50,882 nt of DNA from an uncultured Clostridia bacterium (lineage in GTDB: Bacteria; Bacillota; Clostridia; Christensenellales; UBA1242), in contig CALVYR010000003.1 of NCBI GenBank assembly GCA_944372325.1, forward strand, positions 1 through 50,882. The letters are read 5' to 3'. Every line of letters starts with the position of its first letter. Within the stretch, counting starts at the first letter, position 1. Below the pieces are notes generated by a model. That model was not told the DNA's origin. It saw only the letters and a program-made list of their open reading frames with translations, and did no database searches. Positions 9,339 through 17,182 of this stretch are shown here, one piece after another. A program made the position numbers and the translations under genes.

Positions 9339-10349
9339 ATGTTTACAAAAAGAACAATAATTTTAAATTCAGTTGAAAACAATTTACATAAAGCAGTAGT
9401 TAGTTTAGAAAAGTCTGGAACTGAGATAAAGGGCGCGGTAAGACTCTATAATTTTAAAAATGAGCCAAGTGGGGTATTGACACTTGGAATTTTATCTAAT
9501 GGTGAAGTTTATAAAGCTGGGCTCACCAGAGTGGCTTTAAATCAATATGAATTTTCTTCAAATGTAAGTAAGCCTATAGATGAATTTACTTGTGCACTTG
9601 TGAATTCTTTTGGTGGAGAAATTAAACCGCTTTTAATTGGTTCATCAAATGGTGCTAGTTCTCAAAGTGCTGAGGTAAGGCTTGCTTCATCACTTGGGGT
9701 GCTTCAAAAAAAGAGTATGGATGCCGTAAAAAAGATTTTGGATGAAAATCAAATTGATGTGGAAGATGACGCTCAAGATGTAATTGAAGAAGAGATGAAA
9801 AAATGTGATGAAAATTGTTTTCTCTGCCCATATAAAAAGGCTTTTTATAACGAGGATGAAAAGCTTAGTGCGGAAAATGAAAAACCGGAAAATTTGCAAA
9901 ATATAGAAGAAATACCAGAAAAAACTGAAGTTTTTAGCCAAAAAACCTTGCAAAATGAGGAAAATTTGCAAAACGACTTCAAAGAAGAACCCGTCAAAAA
10001 GGATAAAAAGATATCCTTTTATGATGAAATAAAAGAACAACTCGGGCTTCTATTTTCTAGATATGAAGACGCTAAAGATTTAGAAGATATAATTCCAAAT
10101 TCAAAGTTTGTTAAAATAGATTATGATGACGATGGTCAATTTTATGTTGTTGGATTAATTTATGAGGATGGTGAAATAAAATACATATGTTATGGCGTTC
10201 CAGGCGTTTGGGCTGAAGAGTGCCCTCCAGAGCTTAACGGACTTTCTCAGTGGCTTCCTTTAAATGAAAATGAGCCCGAGGGTAAAGGGTATTGGCTTTC
10301 CTATCAAGATGCGGGGAATGGTGAGAATATAAAAATAGAAGTTGTGTAA
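9339..10349 (+). CDS. Hypothetical protein with an acidic central linker; family not recognised
   Basis: The 336-aa ORF has a strong SD (AAGAGGAG). The N- and C-terminal regions look globular, and residues ~140-240 form an E/K/D-rich linker. Confidence 0.6.
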   Translation: MFTKRTIILNSVENNLHKAVVSLEKSGTEIKGAVRLYNFKNEPSGVLTLGILSNGEVYKAGLTRVALNQYEFSSNVSKPIDEFTCALVNSFGGEIKPLLIGSSNGASSQSAEVRLASSLGVLQKKSMDAVKKILDENQIDVEDDAQDVIEEEMKKCDENCFLCPYKKAFYNEDEKLSAENEKPENLQNIEEIPEKTEVFSQKTLQNEENLQNDFKEEPVKKDKKISFYDEIKEQLGLLFSRYEDAKDLEDIIPNSKFVKIDYDDDGQFYVVGLIYEDGEIKYICYGVPGVWAEECPPELNGLSQWLPLNENEPEGKGYWLSYQDAGNGENIKIEVV

Positions 10350-10366
10350 AAAATTTTTTAAAAACA

Positions 10367-10395
10367 TTGTACTTATTTAAAATTAGTGGTAAAAT
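10367..10395 (+). promoter_or_regulatory. Extended -10 sigma-A promoter placed for a leaderless transcript
   Basis: TTGTAC, a 17-nt spacer, then TGgTAAAAT. The -10 element ends 6 nt before the ATG at 10402, and no SD lies upstream of that ATG. Confidence 0.5.
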
Positions 10396-10401
10396 ATATA
10401 T

Positions 10402-11370
10402 ATGAGTTTCCTAGGTTTAAGTGTAATTGAAATAATATGTTTATCTGTGGTGGCAGTTTTACTGTTTCTGTTTTTATTGCTACTCTGCTTAGGTGAACTT
10501 CTTTTAAGCTTAAGTTTAAAGCGTGACTCATTTATAGGTAAAATTGTATCTAAAGAAACTAGGCGAACATACTCAAACTATAAAATAGATTTAAAGTGGT
10601 GGAAAGACTATAAGCTTGAAGAAGTTTGTGTTACAAGCTATGATGGTAAAAAACTTTATCCTATGATTTTGCCTGCTAAGGAAAAAACGGACAAGGTGGC
10701 CATAATAATTCATGGCTACAATGCAAAATATCAAGAAATGAATAAATACGCCGAGCTCTTCTATAACCTTGGATACAATGTTGTTTTAACGCAAAACAGG
10801 GCGCATGGAAAGAGTGAGGGCAGGTTTATAGGCATGGGGTGGCTAGATAGGCTGGACATGCTAGAAGTTATTGATATGTGTGTTAAAAAATTTGGTGATG
10901 GCTGTAAGATAGATATCTTTGGGCTTTCAATGGGCGCTGCCACTGTGTGTATGCTTTCAGGGGAAAAACTTCCACCAAATGTAAAACATTTAATTTCCGA
11001 TTGTGCATATGCAAGTGTTTATGAACAATTTAAATATGTCTATGAAACATATACCAAACTTCCAGCTGGAGGTCTTACAAGCCTTTTGAACATATACGCA
11101 AAAATTCGTTGCGGATATTCAATCAAAAATGCAGATGCCAGAACTAAACTTCCTAGTTGCAAAGTGCCAATTCTTTTTATACACGGTGAAAAGGATACTT
11201 TTGTGCCATATTCTAACTTAAAGAAGCTATATGATACAACTCCTGAAAACTTAAGACATTCCTACACTTTCTCTAATGCAGGGCATGCTGAAAGCTTGCC
11301 TTATAACGAGGAAAAATACACGCAAATTGTAAAAGAATTTTTAAAAGATGATTATAGTGAATTAAATTAG
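10402..11370 (+). CDS. Membrane-anchored alpha/beta-fold hydrolase
   Basis: It has an N-terminal TM helix, the nucleophile elbow 'GLSMGA', and the downstream motifs 'IHGEKD' and 'AGH', consistent with a Ser-Asp-His triad. Confidence 0.8.
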   Translation: MSFLGLSVIEIICLSVVAVLLFLFLLLLCLGELLLSLSLKRDSFIGKIVSKETRRTYSNYKIDLKWWKDYKLEEVCVTSYDGKKLYPMILPAKEKTDKVAIIIHGYNAKYQEMNKYAELFYNLGYNVVLTQNRAHGKSEGRFIGMGWLDRLDMLEVIDMCVKKFGDGCKIDIFGLSMGAATVCMLSGEKLPPNVKHLISDCAYASVYEQFKYVYETYTKLPAGGLTSLLNIYAKIRCGYSIKNADARTKLPSCKVPILFIHGEKDTFVPYSNLKKLYDTTPENLRHSYTFSNAGHAESLPYNEEKYTQIVKEFLKDDYSELN

Positions 11371-11402
11371 ATTAAAAAAGTGGAGTTTGGTCAATATTTT
11401 AA

Positions 11403-11431
11403 TTGACACACTTCGCTTTTTTTGATAAACT
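11403..11431 (+). promoter_or_regulatory. Sigma-A-type promoter
   Basis: TTGACA, a 17-nt spacer, then TAAACT, about 30 nt upstream of the ATG at 11464 (SD GAAGGA). Confidence 0.5.
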
Positions 11432-11463
11432 TTAAAAGCAAATTTTTATAAAGAAGGACTAAG

Positions 11464-12813
11464 ATGAAAAAAATTAAAGTACTAGCATTATTTTTATGTA
11501 TGGCATTCTGCACATTTTTCTTTACTGCGTGCGGAAATAATTTAACTACGCCAACTGGCACTGGCAATATGGTAGAGCATGGCGAAGTGCTTGCATATGA
11601 CGATTATATCTATTTTGGAGGTATGTACATCTCTAATGCAGATATGGTTGATGGCGACAATAGAGATGCAGACCTTGAAGGCTTATGGCGCATAAAGCTT
11701 GAAGACGGAAAAATATCCTATGATGAAGATGGAAATCCACAAGGGCTTGAAAAGGTTTTAGGAAAAATTGTGGGCTCAGAAAACGCCTTTATGTATGCGG
11801 TAGGCGACCAAATTATATTTGCCTCACCCAATGTTCATAAAACCAACCAAAGTCAAACGGCTTTTGATAGAACCTCATATTTTAAAATGAATAATGATGG
11901 CACAGGCTTAAGAGAACTTTACACAACAGCAAGCACAGTTCAAAGCCAAGCATTGTTAGTTATAGATAATGTTCCTTACATTATTGAATACGACGGCTCA
12001 GCTATAGTTAAAATTAATGTAAATAGTGGCGAGGCTAAAGAGCTTGCAACAGAGGTCACAGCAGCTGTATTTGCTAGTGAATATAAAACAGAGTTCGATA
12101 GCGACATTTATTTCACGGTTGACCGCGGAGAGGATGAGGGTAGCACTACTGGTATTACTGGCAACATCCTAAAGAAAGTAAACATTTTAACAGAAGAAGT
12201 GACCACAGTTCGTCAAGAGCTTGCTGAAACTATCACACCTTCTGCAGTTAAAAATGGATATTTCTACTATACAAGAACGGAAGACGGAAACACATTCTAT
12301 TTTGCAAATGATTTCAGTAGCAATTTTGAGGCTAGTGAAATAAGGCTTACAGCTGGAATAACTTCAGATATCACAAGTTTTACGCCTCTTGGAACAGATA
12401 GCGAAGGTAGAATTTTACCTATAGTGTTTGAGTATCAATCTAGGCTTGTTTATAGCGAATTTGGAAGCTTAGCAGTAAATGAAATATTAAATTCCGATGT
12501 TACAATCTTGTTTGTAGATGGCGACTATATTTACTATTCTACATCTAGCGGAATTTTCAGAATTTCATACAAAGATAAAGTTAGCCAGCAGATAACAGAT
12601 ATGGAAAATTTCCAAACAAATGTAAGTTTTGATGGGAGATACCTATATTTCTACGCTCAAAACCCAGATAACACCACTGGTAACTACTATATGTACCGTT
12701 CCGATGTAAATTCAGTAGAGAATGGAACAGGTATTAAAGAGGAGCTTCTTTCAAAGTTACACGAAGACGATCTGCCACCTGAAGACGAAGAAGAAACAGA
12801 CTCAACAACATAA
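11464..12813 (+). CDS. Putative lipoprotein, probably a beta-propeller (DUF5050-like), with an acidic C-terminal tail
   Basis: The signal peptide has the lipobox 'FFTAC'. Recurrent motifs such as 'DDYIYFGG', 'GYFYYT', 'GDYIYYS' and 'GRYLYFYA' suggest propeller blades. Confidence 0.6.
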   Translation: MKKIKVLALFLCMAFCTFFFTACGNNLTTPTGTGNMVEHGEVLAYDDYIYFGGMYISNADMVDGDNRDADLEGLWRIKLEDGKISYDEDGNPQGLEKVLGKIVGSENAFMYAVGDQIIFASPNVHKTNQSQTAFDRTSYFKMNNDGTGLRELYTTASTVQSQALLVIDNVPYIIEYDGSAIVKINVNSGEAKELATEVTAAVFASEYKTEFDSDIYFTVDRGEDEGSTTGITGNILKKVNILTEEVTTVRQELAETITPSAVKNGYFYYTRTEDGNTFYFANDFSSNFEASEIRLTAGITSDITSFTPLGTDSEGRILPIVFEYQSRLVYSEFGSLAVNEILNSDVTILFVDGDYIYYSTSSGIFRISYKDKVSQQITDMENFQTNVSFDGRYLYFYAQNPDNTTGNYYMYRSDVNSVENGTGIKEELLSKLHEDDLPPEDEEETDSTT

Positions 12814-13264
12814 AAATAAATATATAACACTTTAACTCGAGCACAATGAAGGCTTTATTCTTCAAAACGCTTGAGTTTTTTTATTCAATTGTTTTATATT
12901 ATTAAGAATATAATAAATTCAGCAATATCTTTCCTTTGAATTACGGCGTGGATGAGGTTGGCAAAGTAGAATAAAAAAGCGCTGGGACAGAGTAATTATT
13001 TTAATATAAGGAGAAAAATTGTAAAATCACGAGTAACTTTCTTTTGTTAAATTTACCTACTAAGAAATATAAGTAATTATAAAAAATTAATTTAGATGAT
13101 AAAAAATAAATATTTAGTAAAATAATTGCGTTTTTTATAGCGCTTTTATTTTTGTAACAATATGGTTTTGTGACTCGTATATATGTTTATAAGTGGGGAA
13201 ATTTAAGCTTTAAAATTCCCTTTAAAAAAAGTAAAAAATTTTTTGAATTTTTTTATTAAATTAG

Positions 13265-13293
13265 TAGACAATAGGGTTTAAGTTTACTATAAT
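13265..13293 (+). promoter_or_regulatory. Sigma-A-type promoter for the zinc-ribbon/acidic protein gene
   Basis: TAGACA, a 17-nt spacer, then consensus TATAAT. This leaves a leader of about 78 nt before the AAGGAG SD and the ATG at 13378. Confidence 0.55.
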
Positions 13294-13377
13294 AACCCCA
13301 GCAAAACCAATTTAGTTTAAATGGCTTTGTTTGTGGCTAAATTAAATTTTTTTAGCTTTACTTTAAGGAGATAATTT

Positions 13378-13920
13378 ATGGCAGATAAAAAACCAGTATA
13401 CATCAGATGCCCAAGATGTGAATTAAACTATATACAAAAGAAAGATAAGCTTTGTAGCGTTTGTAAAGCCGAGCTTAGCGCTAAAGACGATTATGTTGAT
13501 GAATTAGATCTAGAACTTTGCCCTGTTTGTAAAACTAATTACATTCAGTCTGACGAAGTTATGTGTCAGAGCTGTTTAAAAGAAAGAGCTCTTGATAATG
13601 ATATCCATGGTATTACAGATGAAAATGATGAATGGGATGCTTACATCAATCGTGATGAAGATGAAATTATTTCACCAGACGAGGAAACTGGCGATATGGC
13701 TGTTGTGAACAGCTTGGATGAGGCGGACCTTTTAGATGGCGATGACGATGATATAACTTTTGACGAAGATTTAGATGAAGATAACCCTCTAGATGATGAA
13801 GAACTAGACGAAGAAGAAGATAGTGACGTTGATGACTTTGACGACTACGATGAAGATGATGACTACGACGAAGCCGACGATGATTATGACGACTATGATG
13901 ATGACGATGATGATAAATAG
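13378..13920 (+). CDS. Tandem zinc-ribbon protein with a ~100-aa polyacidic (D/E) tail
   Basis: Two copies of CP-x-C-x2-NYIQ-x5-C-x2-C are present: 'CPRCELNYIQKKDKLCSVC' and 'CPVCKTNYIQSDEVMCQSC'. From residue ~80 the protein is almost entirely D/E and ends in 'DDYDDYDDDDDDK'. Confidence 0.75.
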   Translation: MADKKPVYIRCPRCELNYIQKKDKLCSVCKAELSAKDDYVDELDLELCPVCKTNYIQSDEVMCQSCLKERALDNDIHGITDENDEWDAYINRDEDEIISPDEETGDMAVVNSLDEADLLDGDDDDITFDEDLDEDNPLDDEELDEEEDSDVDDFDDYDEDDDYDEADDDYDDYDDDDDDK

Positions 13921-13921
13921 T

Positions 13922-13955
13922 AAAAAATCTACGGAATTTGCTCCGTAGATTTTTT
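13922..13955. terminator. Bidirectional rho-independent terminator
   Basis: A 9-bp stem ATCTACGGA/TCCGTAGAT with a 6-nt loop is flanked by A6 and T6. It lies between the convergent 13378 ORF and veg. Confidence 0.85.
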
Positions 13956-14187
13956 AGCCTATAACAACATCTCCGCATAAAACATCAAAATATGAAAAAG
14001 TTTGAGAAGGACGCTGTTTACCATCGTTTACTTTAACTGTAAACACGCTTGGGTAAACGCTCTCTATAATAGCTTCAAAACTCTCAATTTTATTTCTACC
14101 CCTATTTATTTTTAATTTTATTGCATTGTCTTTAAGAGAAGATATTTTAGCTTTAACCTCTTCTAAGGCGTTTAAATTTATTTTCAT
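13954..14187 (-). CDS. veg: Veg (biofilm formation stimulator)
   Basis: The 77-aa protein contains 'NRGRNKIESFEAIIESVYPSVFTV...FSYFDVLCGDV', which matches the B. subtilis Veg pattern (GGRRK...YPSVF...YSYADIL). Confidence 0.9.
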   Translation of the reverse strand: MKINLNALEEVKAKISSLKDNAIKLKINRGRNKIESFEAIIESVYPSVFTVKVNDGKQRPSQTFSYFDVLCGDVVIG

Positions 14188-14312
14188 AATTCACCCAACC
14201 AGATTATTTCCACCTGGGCACCAATTTAAACTTTTTTTAAAAAAATTTTTAAAATTGTCATAAATGCAGAAATAAAACTATACATTATAGGGAACACGAA
14301 AAGGGAGGGTTT

Positions 14313-15842
14313 ATGGCAATAGAAAAAAATACGATGAATGTTGTTAGTAAGTTTAAGCTTGGTTCAGAGCAGGTATCAGCGGAGTGTAACATAACCACAG
14401 AGGAGCAAATTTCTAAGCTTCTATCTTACTGCGTTTATCCTATGGTGATAAATGAAGAGGTATTAGTGGGGGAGGTAAATGTTTCTGGCAAAATTGCTGT
14501 AAAACTTACCTATATGACGCAAGAAAATCAAATTGTATGCCGTGATAGCATATGTGATTTTTCAAACAAGTATAGTAATGCTGGCATAGACCCCTCATTA
14601 AAGATCAATGTTTGTTCAAAACTTGTGGATGCAAGTGCTGTGGTTTTAAGTGAAAATAATGTTAAAATTAACTCTATTGTAGAGCTAACTTTCACAGCAG
14701 TTAAACAAGAAGAACTTTCATATTTAAGTTCTGCTGACCAAACTTTCTGTACTAAAGGAACAGAAATTAAAGTTACAACGCTAACAGCAATAGAAAATCA
14801 AGAGTTTGAAGAGGATATTAAAGTTCAAATTAAAGATAAGTTTGAAAGGCTTATTTCTGTTGATGCCGATGTAATTGTAAAAGATGTAAATGCTGGCTCT
14901 AACTTTGTTTCTGTAAGCGGAGAAATTATTACTAAAGCTATGTTTTTATCTGATAGCGAAACTGGAAAAATTATTACTCAAACAAGTTCGGAAAATTTTA
15001 AGAGAGAACTTGAAGTTGCGGGCGTTAGTCAAACCTCTATGGTAGAAGTGAACTTAACACCTAGAAAAGATCTATTAAAAGTGGAAACAAATTCAGAAAA
15101 TAATAATGTAACATTAAATTTAACTGTTACAAATAGGGCAAATATAACAGCCTTTGATGAAAATATGGTAAACGCTACTGAGGATATATATTCTCTTACA
15201 AACAATATTGAAATTGTAACTGAATCCTTTAAAAAATTATCACTAGGCGGTCAAGATTATTTTGAAAGTAAAATAGAGGGCAGTTTAACTTTAAGTGAAG
15301 CTCAACCAAGAGTCGATAAAATATTAACAACTTCCTCACCCTATATAATTAGTACAAACTCCTACATTAAAGATGGTGAAATTATTTTAGAAGGTGTGGC
15401 TTATACAAATGTAATATATTTAAATGATGAAGAAATGACAACAAATTCAATTCAAATTGAAGTGCCATTTACAATTTCAGAAAAAACATCAAGTGCGGAA
15501 AATGCAGAGTTAAATGTAACTGAAGTTTTAGACGATGTTGATGTTATTGTTAAAAAGGGCAGAGAACTATACTTTGATGCAAAGGTTAAGGCAAATGTAA
15601 ACTATTATTCAAATGAAAATGATGCTATCATTACCGATGTTGCCGTAGGAGAGGATCTTCCTGAAAGAGATTGCGCTATAGAAATCTACTTTGGTAAAGA
15701 GGGTGATACACTTTGGGATATTGCAAAATTATTAAATATTTCTCTAGATAGTTTAAAAGAGCAAAATTCTATGGTTCCAGAAGTGCTAGAGGGAAATACA
15801 AATTTAAGTATTTACTATCAGAAAAATAAAAAAGTTGAATAA
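14313..15842 (+). CDS. sipL: DUF3794-type protein with a C-terminal LysM domain; SipL-like spore coat morphogenetic protein
   Basis: The C-terminal LysM is 'GDTLWDIAKLLNISLDSLKEQN'. The 509-aa size and the neighbourhood (veg, spoIIR, sleB) match clostridial SipL. The SD is GGGAGGG. Confidence 0.6.
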   Translation: MAIEKNTMNVVSKFKLGSEQVSAECNITTEEQISKLLSYCVYPMVINEEVLVGEVNVSGKIAVKLTYMTQENQIVCRDSICDFSNKYSNAGIDPSLKINVCSKLVDASAVVLSENNVKINSIVELTFTAVKQEELSYLSSADQTFCTKGTEIKVTTLTAIENQEFEEDIKVQIKDKFERLISVDADVIVKDVNAGSNFVSVSGEIITKAMFLSDSETGKIITQTSSENFKRELEVAGVSQTSMVEVNLTPRKDLLKVETNSENNNVTLNLTVTNRANITAFDENMVNATEDIYSLTNNIEIVTESFKKLSLGGQDYFESKIEGSLTLSEAQPRVDKILTTSSPYIISTNSYIKDGEIILEGVAYTNVIYLNDEEMTTNSIQIEVPFTISEKTSSAENAELNVTEVLDDVDVIVKKGRELYFDAKVKANVNYYSNENDAIITDVAVGEDLPERDCAIEIYFGKEGDTLWDIAKLLNISLDSLKEQNSMVPEVLEGNTNLSIYYQKNKKVE

Positions 15843-15847
15843 TTAAT

Positions 15848-15878
15848 AAGAAAATACGCTTTTTTGCGTATTTTTTTT
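15848..15878. terminator. Bidirectional rho-independent terminator
   Basis: Stem AAATACGC/GCGTATTT with a T6 loop, followed by a T-run. It lies between the convergent sipL-like gene and spoIIR. Confidence 0.75.
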
Positions 15879-15880
15879 AA

Positions 15881-16399
15881 TTATTTAAAGAAATTATTTA
15901 TTATTTCCATAATTCTACTTTTAAAACCATTTACATGTGTGGAACTATTTACAAAGCAGAGCGGTGGATAAACAACACACCACCAGTTGTCACCCTTTGC
16001 TTCTCCCAGCTCTAAAATTAATGCATCATAAAAGCCGGCTTCTAAAGTTAATTCGCCATAAGTTCTTGTTGGAAATTCTTCATAACTTAATTTTGCATTG
16101 CTTTTATAATTAAAATTATTTTTTGCTAATATATTATCTGCAATATTTTCTATATACTCAAAGTTATTTTCCAGTTTTTCACTTGCTTCTTCCTTAGTAG
16201 TGCAGGTTGAAAGAATGGGAATTAAGGCGTCTACTACTGCGTCTTTTATTTCATATTTTACCGCTTGATCTATATCTGAATTTGAGTTCGCGCGTATATG
16301 TATTCTTAAATATTCACTATTAGCGTTTGATTGAAGAGGGCAAAATATAAGTATTAAAACAATTCCTATAACTGAAACTAAACCTATTATGTATTTCAT
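15881..16399 (-). CDS. spoIIR: Stage II sporulation protein R
   Basis: It has a signal or anchor sequence, 'LRIHIRANSNSDIDQAVKYEIKDAV' and 'NWWCVVYPPLCF', which are SpoIIR hallmarks. The SD is AAGGAG. Confidence 0.9.
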   Translation of the reverse strand: MKYIIGLVSVIGIVLILIFCPLQSNANSEYLRIHIRANSNSDIDQAVKYEIKDAVVDALIPILSTCTTKEEASEKLENNFEYIENIADNILAKNNFNYKSNAKLSYEEFPTRTYGELTLEAGFYDALILELGEAKGDNWWCVVYPPLCFVNSSTHVNGFKSRIMEIINNFFK

Positions 16400-16510
16400 A
16401 AAACTCCTTTAATGTAATTAAATTGTTGACATATTTTTTTAATAATTTCAAAAAAATATGAATAAAATAATTAATTTTTTGTAAAAATAGCAGTGAAAAT
16501 GGAGGTTTTT

Positions 16511-17173
16511 ATGAAAAAAGGAAAAATTGTATTAATTTCTTTTTTAATTTTTGCTTTTGCTCTCATGGGAGGCTTGTCTACATATTTTATGTTTAAACAA
16601 AACACAGATATAATTGAAGTTGCAAGTTCATCCACAAACAAAAGCGTTCAACAAAAATTAAAAGATTTAGGCTATTATAAGGGTGGAGTGGATGGTATTT
16701 ATGGTCCGCTTACTAAAGAGGCTGTAACAAATTTTCAAAGAGATTATGGCTTAGGGGTAGATGGAATTATCGGCCCAGAAACATTAAATGCTTTAGGGCT
16801 CAATAATAGCGCTAGCCAATCTAGTTCAGATTTATATCTGCTTGCTAAATGCGTGCATGCTGAGGCTAGAGGGGAACCATATGTTGGGCAAGTAGCAGTT
16901 GCTGCAGTTATTTTAAATAGAGTTGAATCGCCAGAATTTCCAAATACAATTTCAGGTGTAATATATCAGCCTTGGGCGTTTACCGCGGTAAATGATGGAC
17001 AAATAAATTTAGAGCCAAACGATATAGCTTATCAAGCTGCTCAGGATGCTTTAAATGGTTGGGATCCAACCTACGGATGCTTATATTACTACAACCCAGA
17101 AACGGCTACCAGTAAATGGATATATTCAAGGCAAGTAGTGCTTACTATTGGTAAACATGTATTTGCAATATAG
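16511..17173 (+). CDS. sleB: Spore cortex-lytic enzyme SleB (PG_binding_1 + Hydrolase_2)
   Basis: 'LGYYKGGVDGIYGPLTKEAVTNFQRDYGLGVDGIIGPET' marks the peptidoglycan-binding domain. 'AEARGEPYVGQVAVAAVILNRVESPEFPNTISGVIYQPWAFTAV' marks the cell-wall hydrolase domain. I prefer the ATG at 16511 (GGAGG 5 nt upstream) over the ORF-track GTG at 16493. Confidence 0.9.
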   Translation: MKKGKIVLISFLIFAFALMGGLSTYFMFKQNTDIIEVASSSTNKSVQQKLKDLGYYKGGVDGIYGPLTKEAVTNFQRDYGLGVDGIIGPETLNALGLNNSASQSSSDLYLLAKCVHAEARGEPYVGQVAVAAVILNRVESPEFPNTISGVIYQPWAFTAVNDGQINLEPNDIAYQAAQDALNGWDPTYGCLYYYNPETATSKWIYSRQVVLTIGKHVFAI

Positions 17174-17182
17174 GAGGGAGAT

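Noticed and set aside
9690-10040. A 116-aa minus-strand ORF rich in F/I/L.
   Set aside because: It is the antisense of the E/K-rich linker (GAA/AAA codons) of the 9339-10349 gene, a typical AT-rich shadow frame.
12814-13377. A tRNA or other structured RNA gene in the long intergenic gap.
   Set aside because: No cloverleaf-compatible GC-rich arms or conserved T-loop or D-loop motifs are visible, and the sequence is too AT-rich. A small RNA cannot be excluded; see the finding for 12814-13377.
13667-13978. A 103-aa His/Arg-rich ORF on the minus strand.
   Set aside because: It is the antisense shadow of the GAT/GAC/GAA-rich acidic tail of the 13378-13920 gene, and it would run through the bidirectional terminator.
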